A stretch of DNA of 57,969 nt, taken from the IMG/VR virus record IMGVR_UViG_3300027740_000002, positions 1-57,969 of that record. The stretch is one strand, 5' to 3'. The notes beneath the pieces are model-generated. The model did not search any database and had not been told where the DNA came from. It saw only the letters and a list, made by a program, of their open reading frames with translations. This DNA is from a virus. Within the stretch, counting starts at the first letter, position 1, and the number at the start of each line of letters is the position of its first letter. Below are positions 33,415-42,513 of the stretch, one piece after another. The translations under genes and the position numbers were made by a program.

Positions 33415-33491
33415 TGGTCGCGGGTCTGAGATTTGAACTCAGTTTTTAGAGCTTCGTAGCAATAATCGTTGATTATTCGACGATACCTGCG
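33415..33491 (-). other. tRNA-like element (canonical T-arm, acceptor stem and encoded CCA; non-canonical D and anticodon regions)
   Basis: Minus strand reads CGCAGGT...CTGAG-TTCAAAT-CTCAG-ACCCGCG-A-CCA, 77 nt. The acceptor stem pairs at 6 of 7 positions. No 5-bp anticodon stem can be drawn. Confidence 0.35.
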
Positions 33492-33639
33492 CCTAGTTTT
33501 CATCAATGTCTCGACTCGGCACGCCCTGCGAAGCAATTATCGAGAAACTTCTTCGCATTGAACTTGGCTCTGGTGGTTCGGACAGCCTATGTTTCCGCCA
33601 CGCGCTCTTGAAATTAAAATATCAAACGTGGCGCGGTTG

Positions 33640-33822
33640 TCAAACTTTAATGAGATTGGCCGGTAGCAAATTGTAATAGTGCTTAACCTCGCGGTGGGGA
33701 ACGCCCTCAACAAGAAACTCTCCACATAGCGATTCAAAGTCTATCGATCCATCCTCGCGAATCGGTGGATTCGGATACGATTCGAGAAACCAATCAATCG
33801 CGGATTGTTCGGGAGTTGTCAT
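33640..33822 (-). CDS. Hypothetical protein
   Basis: 60-aa ORF starting 4 nt after the terL stop. Confidence 0.45.
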   Translation of the reverse strand: MTTPEQSAIDWFLESYPNPPIREDGSIDFESLCGEFLVEGVPHREVKHYYNLLPANLIKV

Positions 33823-33825
33823 ATT

Positions 33826-35712
33826 TCAAACTTTTACCAGTTGGTTCGCGATTAGATCGTCCATTTCGCGTTTGGCCTCGATTTCCAGCCAGGAGGGGCG
33901 GGAGGATTTTTTGAATGTTTCCGGATTGGCAACCTTATCAATCATAAAACCTCTCCGTCGCGCTCCCTCAATTCCAGTAACAAGCATGTCGCTAAGATCG
34001 GGACTGACGCCTGTGCGCTCCCGAAGCTCGTCCTTGGTTTCAATTTGGATTTTATCCTGACGAACCTTTCTCCACTCGCGGGGTTGGGCATCAAGAACGA
34101 TTTCAAGCAATAGTCCGCGCATTTGGTCAGATTCAATTACGTAATGGGCGCTCATCCATAACTCCGTGACGAAATTCAAAAATGCTTCTTTGGCAGTCTG
34201 GAGTCTCCGTTGATTTGTTTTCTTGTCCACGGTGTAAAGGTCTGGGCCAGCCGGTCTTTCGGTTGGCGAGCCGCCAAATTCCAAACTGTTTACGTCCGTA
34301 CTCCAAATGCGCCCCAAGCTGATTGCCAAAGTGCCACGACCGTCAAAAAAGAAATCCTTCGGCATGACTCCAACCGATTCCATTTTCTGTTTGCAGTAAT
34401 GGGCAATTTGCTCCTCCGCAGTGATGTCTTTGCGAATAACGATTGGCACAAGCCACATTTCACGAAACTTAATCCGAGTCTTGCCATCAACGCATTTTCC
34501 GAACTCCAACCATCCGAGGGGGCAGCGGTCTGATCCGGTCCCGCCGTACGCGGCATCCAACATTCCAATGCTGGTAGTTTCACCCTCCCACGCCACATCG
34601 TCGAAGGCGTGATAGATGTCGCATAATTCCTTGGTGATGATTTTGAAGGCGTCCAAACCAAACTTGAAAGTGCCGCGTCCGTTCGACCAATACGATTCAG
34701 AGCCGGGCGTGTATTTTGCCAGCTTGTGAGGTCCTGCCAGTTGCGACCAGCGCGGTCGGTCAACCGGAAAGGGGCTATTCGGACCATCAAATGAATCAAG
34801 GTTTACGCAGACACATTGAACTGGATGCTTGGGGTGCTTCTTGCATTTCCACACCTGAGTTTTACCAGACTCAACTGTTGCCTCCGGGATTGAACCCCAT
34901 CCATTTTCAGGCTCAGACACAATATCCAGAGGGTTGTCTCGAACCGACGGGTTGGTGTTTCCGATAAACACGCACCGATAAAAACGACGAGACTTGCCGC
35001 GCTCGATGGGGTCTGGATGATCTTGGGGATAGACGCCGCCCATTATACCAGAGCCGTCGTCGTTGCTGATGAGGTTGTCCTGACCTTGGAGGATACTAAG
35101 TTGCATGAACTGAAACTCGTCCGCAAGGCACCACACCCGGCGATTCTTGCGCCCTGAGTATTTACCCATGCCGACAAAAACCCCAGAGGAAGTTTTACAG
35201 GCAACTCCGAGCAAACTGTTGCGAATATCGCGGGCGCTCTCCTCCTCGACGTTGGTATTCGTGATGACGCACTTGCTGTCAACGGGGTTGCCCGGAAACC
35301 AATCGAAGTTTTCCGAAGCGCGTTTCCACATCATCGTTGTCTCGCCGTAAATGCGCGAGCGAAGCCCCTCCATGTCCGTTGAACTCATAATGACCGAAGT
35401 GCAATCCGGCCAGCACGACCAATCCATGAGCGCGATGCGAGACACCGTGCCAGACTTCCATGAAGATGCAGGACCGACGAGAGACGTGAATGTGTTCTTG
35501 ATAATGTTTTCAAGAATCAAATCTGTCCACCAAGTTTGAGAATCTTCCGGCCAGAGCAGCGCCCAATAATTTTTGAAGTGTTGCATCAGTCCAAGCCCGC
35601 GAACCTTTCCGTCCTTGGACGGGTAGTAACCCCCGTAGCGGAGCATCTCGCGTTCTATCTGCGCGTCGTCAAGATCGTCGGGCCATTTGATTTCGTAGCG
35701 GATTCTCGGCAT
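33826..35712 (-). CDS. terL: Terminase large subunit
   Basis: 628 aa. Walker A-like GPASSWKSGT, Walker B VWCLADEF, and a later acidic nuclease-type segment MLDAAYGGTGSDRCP. Confidence 0.8.
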   Translation of the reverse strand: MPRIRYEIKWPDDLDDAQIEREMLRYGGYYPSKDGKVRGLGLMQHFKNYWALLWPEDSQTWWTDLILENIIKNTFTSLVGPASSWKSGTVSRIALMDWSCWPDCTSVIMSSTDMEGLRSRIYGETTMMWKRASENFDWFPGNPVDSKCVITNTNVEEESARDIRNSLLGVACKTSSGVFVGMGKYSGRKNRRVWCLADEFQFMQLSILQGQDNLISNDDGSGIMGGVYPQDHPDPIERGKSRRFYRCVFIGNTNPSVRDNPLDIVSEPENGWGSIPEATVESGKTQVWKCKKHPKHPVQCVCVNLDSFDGPNSPFPVDRPRWSQLAGPHKLAKYTPGSESYWSNGRGTFKFGLDAFKIITKELCDIYHAFDDVAWEGETTSIGMLDAAYGGTGSDRCPLGWLEFGKCVDGKTRIKFREMWLVPIVIRKDITAEEQIAHYCKQKMESVGVMPKDFFFDGRGTLAISLGRIWSTDVNSLEFGGSPTERPAGPDLYTVDKKTNQRRLQTAKEAFLNFVTELWMSAHYVIESDQMRGLLLEIVLDAQPREWRKVRQDKIQIETKDELRERTGVSPDLSDMLVTGIEGARRRGFMIDKVANPETFKKSSRPSWLEIEAKREMDDLIANQLVKV

Positions 35713-35726
35713 TTGAAATTATTATG

Positions 35727-36173
35727 TCAGGGTTCTTTGTATTTCGCAATAATTCTGCCGACGCTCCATCCGGCGTTTATTTTTCTTATGACAGTGTAGT
35801 ATGGAACCCCGATTTCGTGCGCCCAGTCTTTTGCACATTGAGTTCTCCCCATGAATTCAGAAAAAACATTTGTTCTGCGATTTCGAGACTGCTGGCGAAC
35901 TGTGGCCCAAACAACATTTCCAGGCTCGTAATTTCCACTGTTGTTTTTTCGCTCAACTTGAAGCTTTGGAGATGGCGACAGACCGATGTGATTCAAAAAC
36001 TCAAGGAAGGATGTTCTCCACTCTTTGCACATGGAAATTCCACGTCCTCCGTACCGAGGATAGGACTTTGAAGTTTTGAGATAGCATCGGTCTTTAATTG
36101 ATTTCCACGCCCGATACTCTTTGGTTCTTTTCCTGCCAGAAGTTGCTCCATGCTTGCGATTGTATTGGCTCAT
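35727..36173 (-). CDS. DNA-binding protein of the YGGRGI / GW-HTH phage family (often labelled HNH- or AP2-like); no HNH catalytic motif seen
   Basis: ATG 36173. Contains EYRAWKSIKDRC...YPRYGGRGISMCKEW...NYEPGNVVWAT..QQ.RNRR and a C-terminal CAKDWAHEIGVPYYTVIRKINAGW. Confidence 0.45.
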   Translation of the reverse strand: MSQYNRKHGATSGRKRTKEYRAWKSIKDRCYLKTSKSYPRYGGRGISMCKEWRTSFLEFLNHIGLSPSPKLQVERKNNSGNYEPGNVVWATVRQQSRNRRTNVFSEFMGRTQCAKDWAHEIGVPYYTVIRKINAGWSVGRIIAKYKEP

Positions 36174-36329
36174 AACAAACAAAACCCACAGACCTAAAAG
36201 CCCGATGGAGACGGGTGCTGACCTCGCGGTTTAAGCAGTCTGTGGAAATTTGTTTATTCATCTCGCATGGCCTTTTAAGCCAAGGCGATTCTAATTGACT
36301 ATGGTAGCCGCGCAAGTGATAAATCAATC

Positions 36330-37232
36330 GTGAGCGATGCCTTTGATTGCTGTGCCCCATGTCAGCCCGTTGTAACTAACGTCCCCGGAACCGCCGGTAG
36401 CGACGGGGCCGCAGGAGCCGCAGGCGCGGACGGTCTTTCCGTGTTCACTCTCTCCACCGCCAACGCCACCTTCGCCGATGCAGTGGCCACAGTTCAAGTC
36501 GCGGTCGTCAGCAACGCGATGTTTGTCATCGGTCAGACCATCTTCGGCGCTGACCCCTCTGGCGGCACTGACCATGGGACATTCGAGTTAATTGACAAGA
36601 CCGGAACGACAGCCATGGGATTGCGCTACACAGCCGCTCCGGGCGACACCGCCGCTCCGTTCACAATCGGTTCAGGCGGTCAGTTTACTTCGGTCGGGGC
36701 AACGGGTGCGCTTTCTGCGGCGCTTCCGACTGCCGTTGATTACAGTGCGCTCACGACTGCTGGAGCGGTGGATAACCTCGTTGTTGCTGCTGGTGTCGGC
36801 GTCACCACTTTAATGTTTCACATCAACCTCGTCGCGCTTACGGCTGCGGCTGCGAATCTGATGTCGAGCTACGTGCCCGGCTACGCCTTCAAAATTCTTG
36901 CGGTTGATTTCGTGCCAACCACGCTTGGAGTCGGCGCAGGGGCCACAATGAGTTTGAATCTCGAAATTGGCGGCACGAATGTTACTGGAGGCGTGGTTAA
37001 TCCAACTGAGGCGAACACGGCGACTCTTGGAACATTGGTCGCGGGCACGGCGGTAACGGCGGCGAATGTCGGCACGGCGGCTCAGGTGTTAGAAATTGAA
37101 GTAGCGGCGGGCGGAACAATTTTCACGGCAGGGCAGGGCACGTTGCTGGTGAAGATAATGAACATGGACACGGCTAACGCTGTCGCATCGCTGGCCGATC
37201 ACATCAACGATTTAATCACCAGCCTGACTTAA
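36330..37232 (+). CDS. Virion protein with an N-terminal Cys cluster and a short collagen-like segment
   Basis: GTG start. DCCAPCQ followed by six G-X-Y triplets (GTAGSDGAAGAAGADGLS), then an Ala/Gly/Thr-rich beta-type sequence. Confidence 0.5.
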   Translation: MSDAFDCCAPCQPVVTNVPGTAGSDGAAGAAGADGLSVFTLSTANATFADAVATVQVAVVSNAMFVIGQTIFGADPSGGTDHGTFELIDKTGTTAMGLRYTAAPGDTAAPFTIGSGGQFTSVGATGALSAALPTAVDYSALTTAGAVDNLVVAAGVGVTTLMFHINLVALTAAAANLMSSYVPGYAFKILAVDFVPTTLGVGAGATMSLNLEIGGTNVTGGVVNPTEANTATLGTLVAGTAVTAANVGTAAQVLEIEVAAGGTIFTAGQGTLLVKIMNMDTANAVASLADHINDLITSLT

Positions 37233-37233
37233 C

Positions 37234-39771
37234 GTGGCCGACACAACCCCATTCCGCCCCGCTACTATTTACGATTCAGTCAGCGTCCTGACGGGCGGCA
37301 TGATGAGTGGAATGTTGCCACTCCTAATCGAAAAAACCCAAGCCTCCTATCTTCAAAACGTGACCGTCCGCGACGGCTACGCTTCGCCCCGGCCTCCGTT
37401 TTCAAAAACGCATCTGACGATAGTTTATCCTTCGCCCGAAGTTCAGACCGCGATTGAGGAGGGATTATTTCAGGGCGCCATGCCGACGCCGTACCGTTCG
37501 GACTCCGGCGAGACTTCGCAAATCGCGGCCATCAGTGGCAAGCTCTACAAGTTTCTGACGGTGGGAAATGTCATCACGGTTTCCGACATCAGCATTCCGG
37601 GCGATCCTAATCCTGCGACGGCGACTCAAGCCTGGTTATGGCAATCGGAGAACTTCGTCATCGTCAACGACGGCATCAGTCTGCCGATTTTTTACGATGG
37701 TAATAGCAGTCGCAGGAGTTTCGGGCCAACGACACTGCTTGCTACTCAGGATGCCGGGTCGGTTGCAAAACCAACAGTGATTGGAAATCAGGTCACGCTG
37801 ACTTTACTCGCGCCCTACACCGGACCCTACAACGTCCCCGTTATTATTGATGGCGAGTTTTACCAACCAATCTCCAACGCGGCGGGCTATCTGGTTGACG
37901 CGACCAATTACACCGCGACTCCGGGCGAGGCGATAGCAGTTGGCGATCAAGTGATAATTCGGGGAGATGTTTTCGGGGTTCAAGCGACGAACCTGCCTCT
38001 TGGGGGCGTGGCAGGAACTCACGCTGCGGGCACATTGCTTTTAACACTCACATTGACGCTACCGTTCACCGGAGGCGCCGGAGACCTGGTAATTATTTTA
38101 GGAAAGTTATATGCGGCGGAATCAATCGGCCCCGGCAACTTCGTATCGGTCAGAAATACCCAGTCAGTTACGATTGCCCCCGGCGACAGCATCCCGGCGC
38201 ATACGATTTTAATCAAGGGCGCTTCGACAACCCCGAACGTCGTTGTTGGAAGCATCGCTCCCGCGAGCGCGACGGTTGCTCCCGCGCAAGGTGGCACGGT
38301 TCAACTCACTTTGGACACCGCTTACTCCGGCCCCGACAATCAGCAAGTTTTCATAAACAACAAGCAGTACACCATAAAAGCCGTTCCTGCTCCTCCGGGC
38401 GGCACGAGCTTAGTTGTAATCAATCTCTCCAACGTCACGTCGGGAAACTTAATCAGCGCGGTCATAATGTCCGTTCCTGAACTTCCTGCCGGTAGAATGG
38501 GCGCCTACGGTCACGGCCAAAACTGGGTTTCGCTCGTGGACGGAGTGAGCTTTCTTCCCAGCGACATTTCTGGCGGGCCATCCGGGACGGAAGCGTATCA
38601 ACGTCGTGATGCCGTTCTCAAGACGACCCTGACAACCTTCGGAGGCGGCAACTTCCGCATTCCGTCGGCAGGCGACACGATTACCTCAATGACGTTCGCG
38701 GCGATACTTGATGTTGCTTTAGGCCAAGGCCCGCTCATGGTTGGAACGGCCCGTTCAATTTTTAGCTGCATCGCTCCGGTCAACCCGGAAAACCTTGCGG
38801 CGATCATTCTAAAAGGCAGTCCGATTCTCACCGAAGCCCTCAAAGGTCGCGGCCCACTCGCCCAAAACTCGACGATCAACGTCAACAGCGACATTCAATT
38901 CAGGTCAACGGCAGGATTGGGTTCGCTGATTCTGGCCCGCCAACAATTCACGTCGTCGTTGAATGGCAACACCCCCATCTCTGAGGAAATGGTTCGCGTG
39001 TTCAACAAGGACGACCAGCAGCTATTGCCCTACGGCAGCGCAATCAATTTCGACAACCGCGTTTTATTCACCGCCTCTCCACAGGCATCCTCGCAGGGGG
39101 TATTCCACACAAGTTTGGTCGCAATGAATCTGGACGGCCTGAGCAGCCTGCGCGGAAAAGAGCCAGCCTGCTACGATGGCCAGTGGACGGGCTTGAACAC
39201 CCTGCAATTGACGCAAGGGCTATTCAACGGGACGAGCCGCGCCTTTGCGTTCACCTTTAACGTCACGCTGTCAAAAATCGAATTGTACGAGTTGCTTCCA
39301 ACTGGCGACCAACATTTCGACAATGGCAGCGTGCCCATTTCGGCCATCATCGAAACGGCTTCGATGTTCAATCAGGATGTCAAACCGCACGAGGTATTTT
39401 TGCAACTCCTGAACGGGGAGCTTGCGGTTGACCAGATTATCGGGACGGTCAGGTTTCAGGTGTTCTACAAGCCGGATCAATACGGTGGGTATGGCGACGA
39501 AACGTGCTGGGTGCCGTGGCATGACTTCACTATTTGCGCGGCGGCGGGATCGAAGCCACTTTACTTTCCAAGGATCGGATTTGGCGAGCCACAGAGCGCG
39601 ATTTGCAACGGCTCACTGGACGCGCCAGCAAGATTTGGCCGGACGTTGCAGGTAAGGCTGCAAATTTCCGGCTATTGGCGGATGTTGAATCTGAGAGTCG
39701 CTGCGGTGACGCAACCAGTGCCGCAGTTCCAGAGTCCGGTTTGCAATGTGAGTGAGACTGTTACAAGCTAA
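37234..39771 (+). CDS. Large tail structural protein (tail-tubular / nozzle-like candidate)
   Basis: 845 aa, GTG start 1 nt after the previous stop. Call rests on size and position in a podovirus-like module. No motif proof. Confidence 0.4.
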   Translation: MADTTPFRPATIYDSVSVLTGGMMSGMLPLLIEKTQASYLQNVTVRDGYASPRPPFSKTHLTIVYPSPEVQTAIEEGLFQGAMPTPYRSDSGETSQIAAISGKLYKFLTVGNVITVSDISIPGDPNPATATQAWLWQSENFVIVNDGISLPIFYDGNSSRRSFGPTTLLATQDAGSVAKPTVIGNQVTLTLLAPYTGPYNVPVIIDGEFYQPISNAAGYLVDATNYTATPGEAIAVGDQVIIRGDVFGVQATNLPLGGVAGTHAAGTLLLTLTLTLPFTGGAGDLVIILGKLYAAESIGPGNFVSVRNTQSVTIAPGDSIPAHTILIKGASTTPNVVVGSIAPASATVAPAQGGTVQLTLDTAYSGPDNQQVFINNKQYTIKAVPAPPGGTSLVVINLSNVTSGNLISAVIMSVPELPAGRMGAYGHGQNWVSLVDGVSFLPSDISGGPSGTEAYQRRDAVLKTTLTTFGGGNFRIPSAGDTITSMTFAAILDVALGQGPLMVGTARSIFSCIAPVNPENLAAIILKGSPILTEALKGRGPLAQNSTINVNSDIQFRSTAGLGSLILARQQFTSSLNGNTPISEEMVRVFNKDDQQLLPYGSAINFDNRVLFTASPQASSQGVFHTSLVAMNLDGLSSLRGKEPACYDGQWTGLNTLQLTQGLFNGTSRAFAFTFNVTLSKIELYELLPTGDQHFDNGSVPISAIIETASMFNQDVKPHEVFLQLLNGELAVDQIIGTVRFQVFYKPDQYGGYGDETCWVPWHDFTICAAAGSKPLYFPRIGFGEPQSAICNGSLDAPARFGRTLQVRLQISGYWRMLNLRVAAVTQPVPQFQSPVCNVSETVTS

Positions 39772-39776
39772 GTCCT

Positions 39777-41789
39777 ATGGCAACCTTCGATGCCCACACC
39801 AACCTGGCCCTCGCAACGGTAGCGGTGGCGCCGTCTCCTGCGCTATCAGGAACGAGTTTGATTATCACGGCTGGGTTCGTGTCGTTATTTCCGGCAGTGC
39901 CTTTTAATTGCACAGTCTGGCCATCAACAGTAAGCCCCACAGCCGCCAATGCCGAAATCGTCCGCGTAACCAATATCGTTGGCGACATCTTCACCATCGT
40001 CCGCGCCCAAGAGGGAACCACCGCAAAGGCCATCGCTTCCGGCTACCGCATCGGCAACACCGTTACAGCAAAAGTTTTCACCGACATTGAAAATCAGGCG
40101 ATCTTTTCCATCTCTGCCGGGACGACTAATGCGACCGGCAATCAGGTGGTTTTTGCAAACTCAAACGGCGTCACCTTTGGAGCGAGCAATAATTCCATCA
40201 CAGCAAGTTTTTCTGGCGGAGGAGGGGGCGCGGCAATTTCTGCCGGTGCGAATTCTCAAAGCACCGGCACTGTAATTTTCTCCAACAGCAACGGCGTCAC
40301 TTTCGGGCTATCCAATAACGGCGTGCTGACCGCCTCGGTCGGAACCGCCGCAGGGGGAAACTCCGTCAACTTTTCAGCAGGGACGACGAGCAACAATCTT
40401 GGCTCAATCGTGTTTTCCAATTCGGGAGGGGTCAGCTTCGGATTAAACGGCTCGACCTTGACCGCCAGTGTCGCGGCAGGCGGCGCAGCGGGTTCAATCT
40501 CGGCAGGAACTACGAATGTCGCTCTCGGAGAAGTCGTGTTCTCAAATTCCAATGGGGTTACTTTCGGACTCAATGGAAGCACTCTCACCGCCGCACATGA
40601 CGGACTGACCTCTCAAAGCAACCAAGCTTTCTCCGCGCAAGGAGGCAGCAGCGCGTTTCAGACGCTCAATTTTGCCAACTCCAACGGCATCACGTTTTCA
40701 AACAGCGGCGGATCGGTCGTGGCCTCGCACAACGGCCTGACCAGCCAGAGCAATCAGGCGGCATCGGCCTCCAACGGATCGTTCGCGTTTCAAACTTTGG
40801 GATTCAGCAACGCCAACAACGTGACGTTTGGAACGTCGGCGGGGAGCATAATTACAGCGAGCGTTGCTGCTGGCGGAGGAGGGTCGGTCAATTTCAGCGC
40901 GGGCACGACCTCCAACAATCTTGCTTCGATTGTGTTCAGTAATTCCAACGGGGTTACATTCGGATTGAATGGCTCAACAATTACCGCAAGCGCCGCCGGA
41001 GGAACAGCGGCGGCGGCCAGGGTCAGCTATTTTGAACCGTTTGCACTGATTTCAACCGCCACCGCGAATGTCAACAATTCACAGCTTTATCTGGCGCGAT
41101 TCAACCTCCCCTTTGAGATGAGCAGCGCGTATGCGAAAATGCTGGTTTCAGTTTCATCCAACACATCAAACATTGTAAGCAATGCGACCTTCGCGTCGGC
41201 GACCGCAGGAATTGGCCAATCCTATACTGGCTATCTTTATTCGCAAGGGACCGGCGCCAACTCAACCAATCTTGAACTTGTTACGTCAGCGTCAGCCCTG
41301 TATAGATTCGAGAACCAGTTGACCATCACAAACGGAAGCCAGTGGACGGTCACGCGCGCCGCCACTTGGCAGGCGGGAACAATCAGTTCATCCGGGAGCG
41401 AAAGCTACGCAATAAGCTCAAGCGTTTACAATTTAACCGTAACGACGGGACTGATGGCGTCAATTACAGGGTTTAAGTTTTTTGATCTTCCGATGGTTCA
41501 GGCCGCCATGACTGCGGGTCAGTATTGGGTTGGCGCCCGCATGTCCAGTGCCGCGACATCCTCCGGCGATGTATCCGCACTGATAAATCCCAGGGCCATG
41601 GTTACAAATATAGCCTTTGTCAACCAAGCTGACATTCGCAGCGTTGTAATGGGAAACGATGGAACGGCGAGCGATCCCGCTATTATGGGCGGCGGATTTT
41701 TCACCACTGATGGGGCGACCATTGCCTTGTCCAATTTAACCGTGCTGGGATCAAACCGGCGTCTGTATTTCAATTTGACCGGCCAATGA
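39777..41789 (+). CDS. Tail fibre / spike with seven tandem repeats of about 43 aa
   Basis: 670 aa. Fibre-type N-domain (AEIVRVTNIVGDIFTIVRAQEGTTA), then repeats of the form xSAGTTxxxLGxxVFSNSNGVTFGLNGSTLTAS. Confidence 0.6.
   Translation: MATFDAHTNLALATVAVAPSPALSGTSLIITAGFVSLFPAVPFNCTVWPSTVSPTAANAEIVRVTNIVGDIFTIVRAQEGTTAKAIASGYRIGNTVTAKVFTDIENQAIFSISAGTTNATGNQVVFANSNGVTFGASNNSITASFSGGGGGAAISAGANSQSTGTVIFSNSNGVTFGLSNNGVLTASVGTAAGGNSVNFSAGTTSNNLGSIVFSNSGGVSFGLNGSTLTASVAAGGAAGSISAGTTNVALGEVVFSNSNGVTFGLNGSTLTAAHDGLTSQSNQAFSAQGGSSAFQTLNFANSNGITFSNSGGSVVASHNGLTSQSNQAASASNGSFAFQTLGFSNANNVTFGTSAGSIITASVAAGGGGSVNFSAGTTSNNLASIVFSNSNGVTFGLNGSTITASAAGGTAAAARVSYFEPFALISTATANVNNSQLYLARFNLPFEMSSAYAKMLVSVSSNTSNIVSNATFASATAGIGQSYTGYLYSQGTGANSTNLELVTSASALYRFENQLTITNGSQWTVTRAATWQAGTISSSGSESYAISSSVYNLTVTTGLMASITGFKFFDLPMVQAAMTAGQYWVGARMSSAATSSGDVSALINPRAMVTNIAFVNQADIRSVVMGNDGTASDPAIMGGGFFTTDGATIALSNLTVLGSNRRLYFNLTGQ
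40107..41001 (+). repeat. In-frame tandem coding repeats (7 copies, 42-45 codons each)
   Basis: Repeat starts fall at about aa 113, 155, 200, 242, 286, 330 and 374 of the fibre protein. Confidence 0.8.
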
Positions 41790-42511
41790 AACCAGCGATA
41801 ATTTTGCCATATTCTCCGGGTCATCAGAACGCCGATTTGAAGAAGGCTAATGAACGGCTTTCGCAATCGAAGTCTTACAAGAATCTTTCGACGGTGATTG
41901 TCACACCGACGCGGGGAGGGAGGAGTTTGACGCCGAGATGGGTGAGCGCGATGCAGGGGTTGATGAGGCCGATGAATAATCCCACGGTCGGGCCTATCTT
42001 CATCTCAGGTTTGGAAGTAGGGGCAGCGTTTAACGCGGCGGTTGAAATGATTTTGGCGAGTCCTGTTTTGAGCAAGTTCAAGTACATGCTCACGGTCGAG
42101 GACGATACGGTGCCGCCACCTGACGGACTATTGAAGCTCTACGAGAGCATTGATAAATACGACATCGTTGGAGGTTTGTATTTCACGAAGGGCGAGGGAG
42201 GGCAACCAATGCTGTACGGCGATCCTGATGTTTCTCCGTTAAATTTTATCCCACAACTGGTCAAGGAAAACCAAGTCCAGCGAGTCAATGGAACTGGAAT
42301 GGGATTCTCTCTCATTCGCTTGGAATTGTTCAAGAAGTCAAAACCACCGTACTTTGAAACCAAGCAAAGTTGGGACCCGAATGTTGGAACTCAGTGTTAC
42401 ACTCAAGACCTTTTCTGGCACGAAAAGGTGATTCGATCCGGTGGGAAAATCGCCGTGGACAACCGGGTAAAATGCGCTCACCACGATGTCGAAAACGATT
42501 TTCTTTGGTAA
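41786..42511 (+). CDS. GT-A fold glycosyltransferase (GT2-like)
   Basis: 241 aa, ATGA-coupled to the fibre gene. LSTVIVTPTRGG, a DxD-type motif in YMLTVEDDTVPP, and IVGGLYF. Confidence 0.55.
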   Translation: MKPAIILPYSPGHQNADLKKANERLSQSKSYKNLSTVIVTPTRGGRSLTPRWVSAMQGLMRPMNNPTVGPIFISGLEVGAAFNAAVEMILASPVLSKFKYMLTVEDDTVPPPDGLLKLYESIDKYDIVGGLYFTKGEGGQPMLYGDPDVSPLNFIPQLVKENQVQRVNGTGMGFSLIRLELFKKSKPPYFETKQSWDPNVGTQCYTQDLFWHEKVIRSGGKIAVDNRVKCAHHDVENDFLW

Positions 42512-42513
42512 AT

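Noticed and set aside
33415-33491. Calling this a genuine tRNA gene
   Set aside because: Only the T-arm, acceptor stem and CCA are canonical. The D-loop lacks GG and no anticodon stem-loop can be formed, so it is reported as tRNA-like only.
33271-33639. attP site of a temperate phage
   Set aside because: The tRNA 3-prime-like segment is suggestive, but no tyrosine or serine recombinase and no CI-type repressor is recognisable in the genome. Kept only as one hypothesis.
40107-41001. Periodic ~130-bp repeats considered as a CRISPR-like array
   Set aside because: The repeats are in frame inside a long ORF, have no unique spacers between them, and are conserved at the protein level rather than the DNA level.
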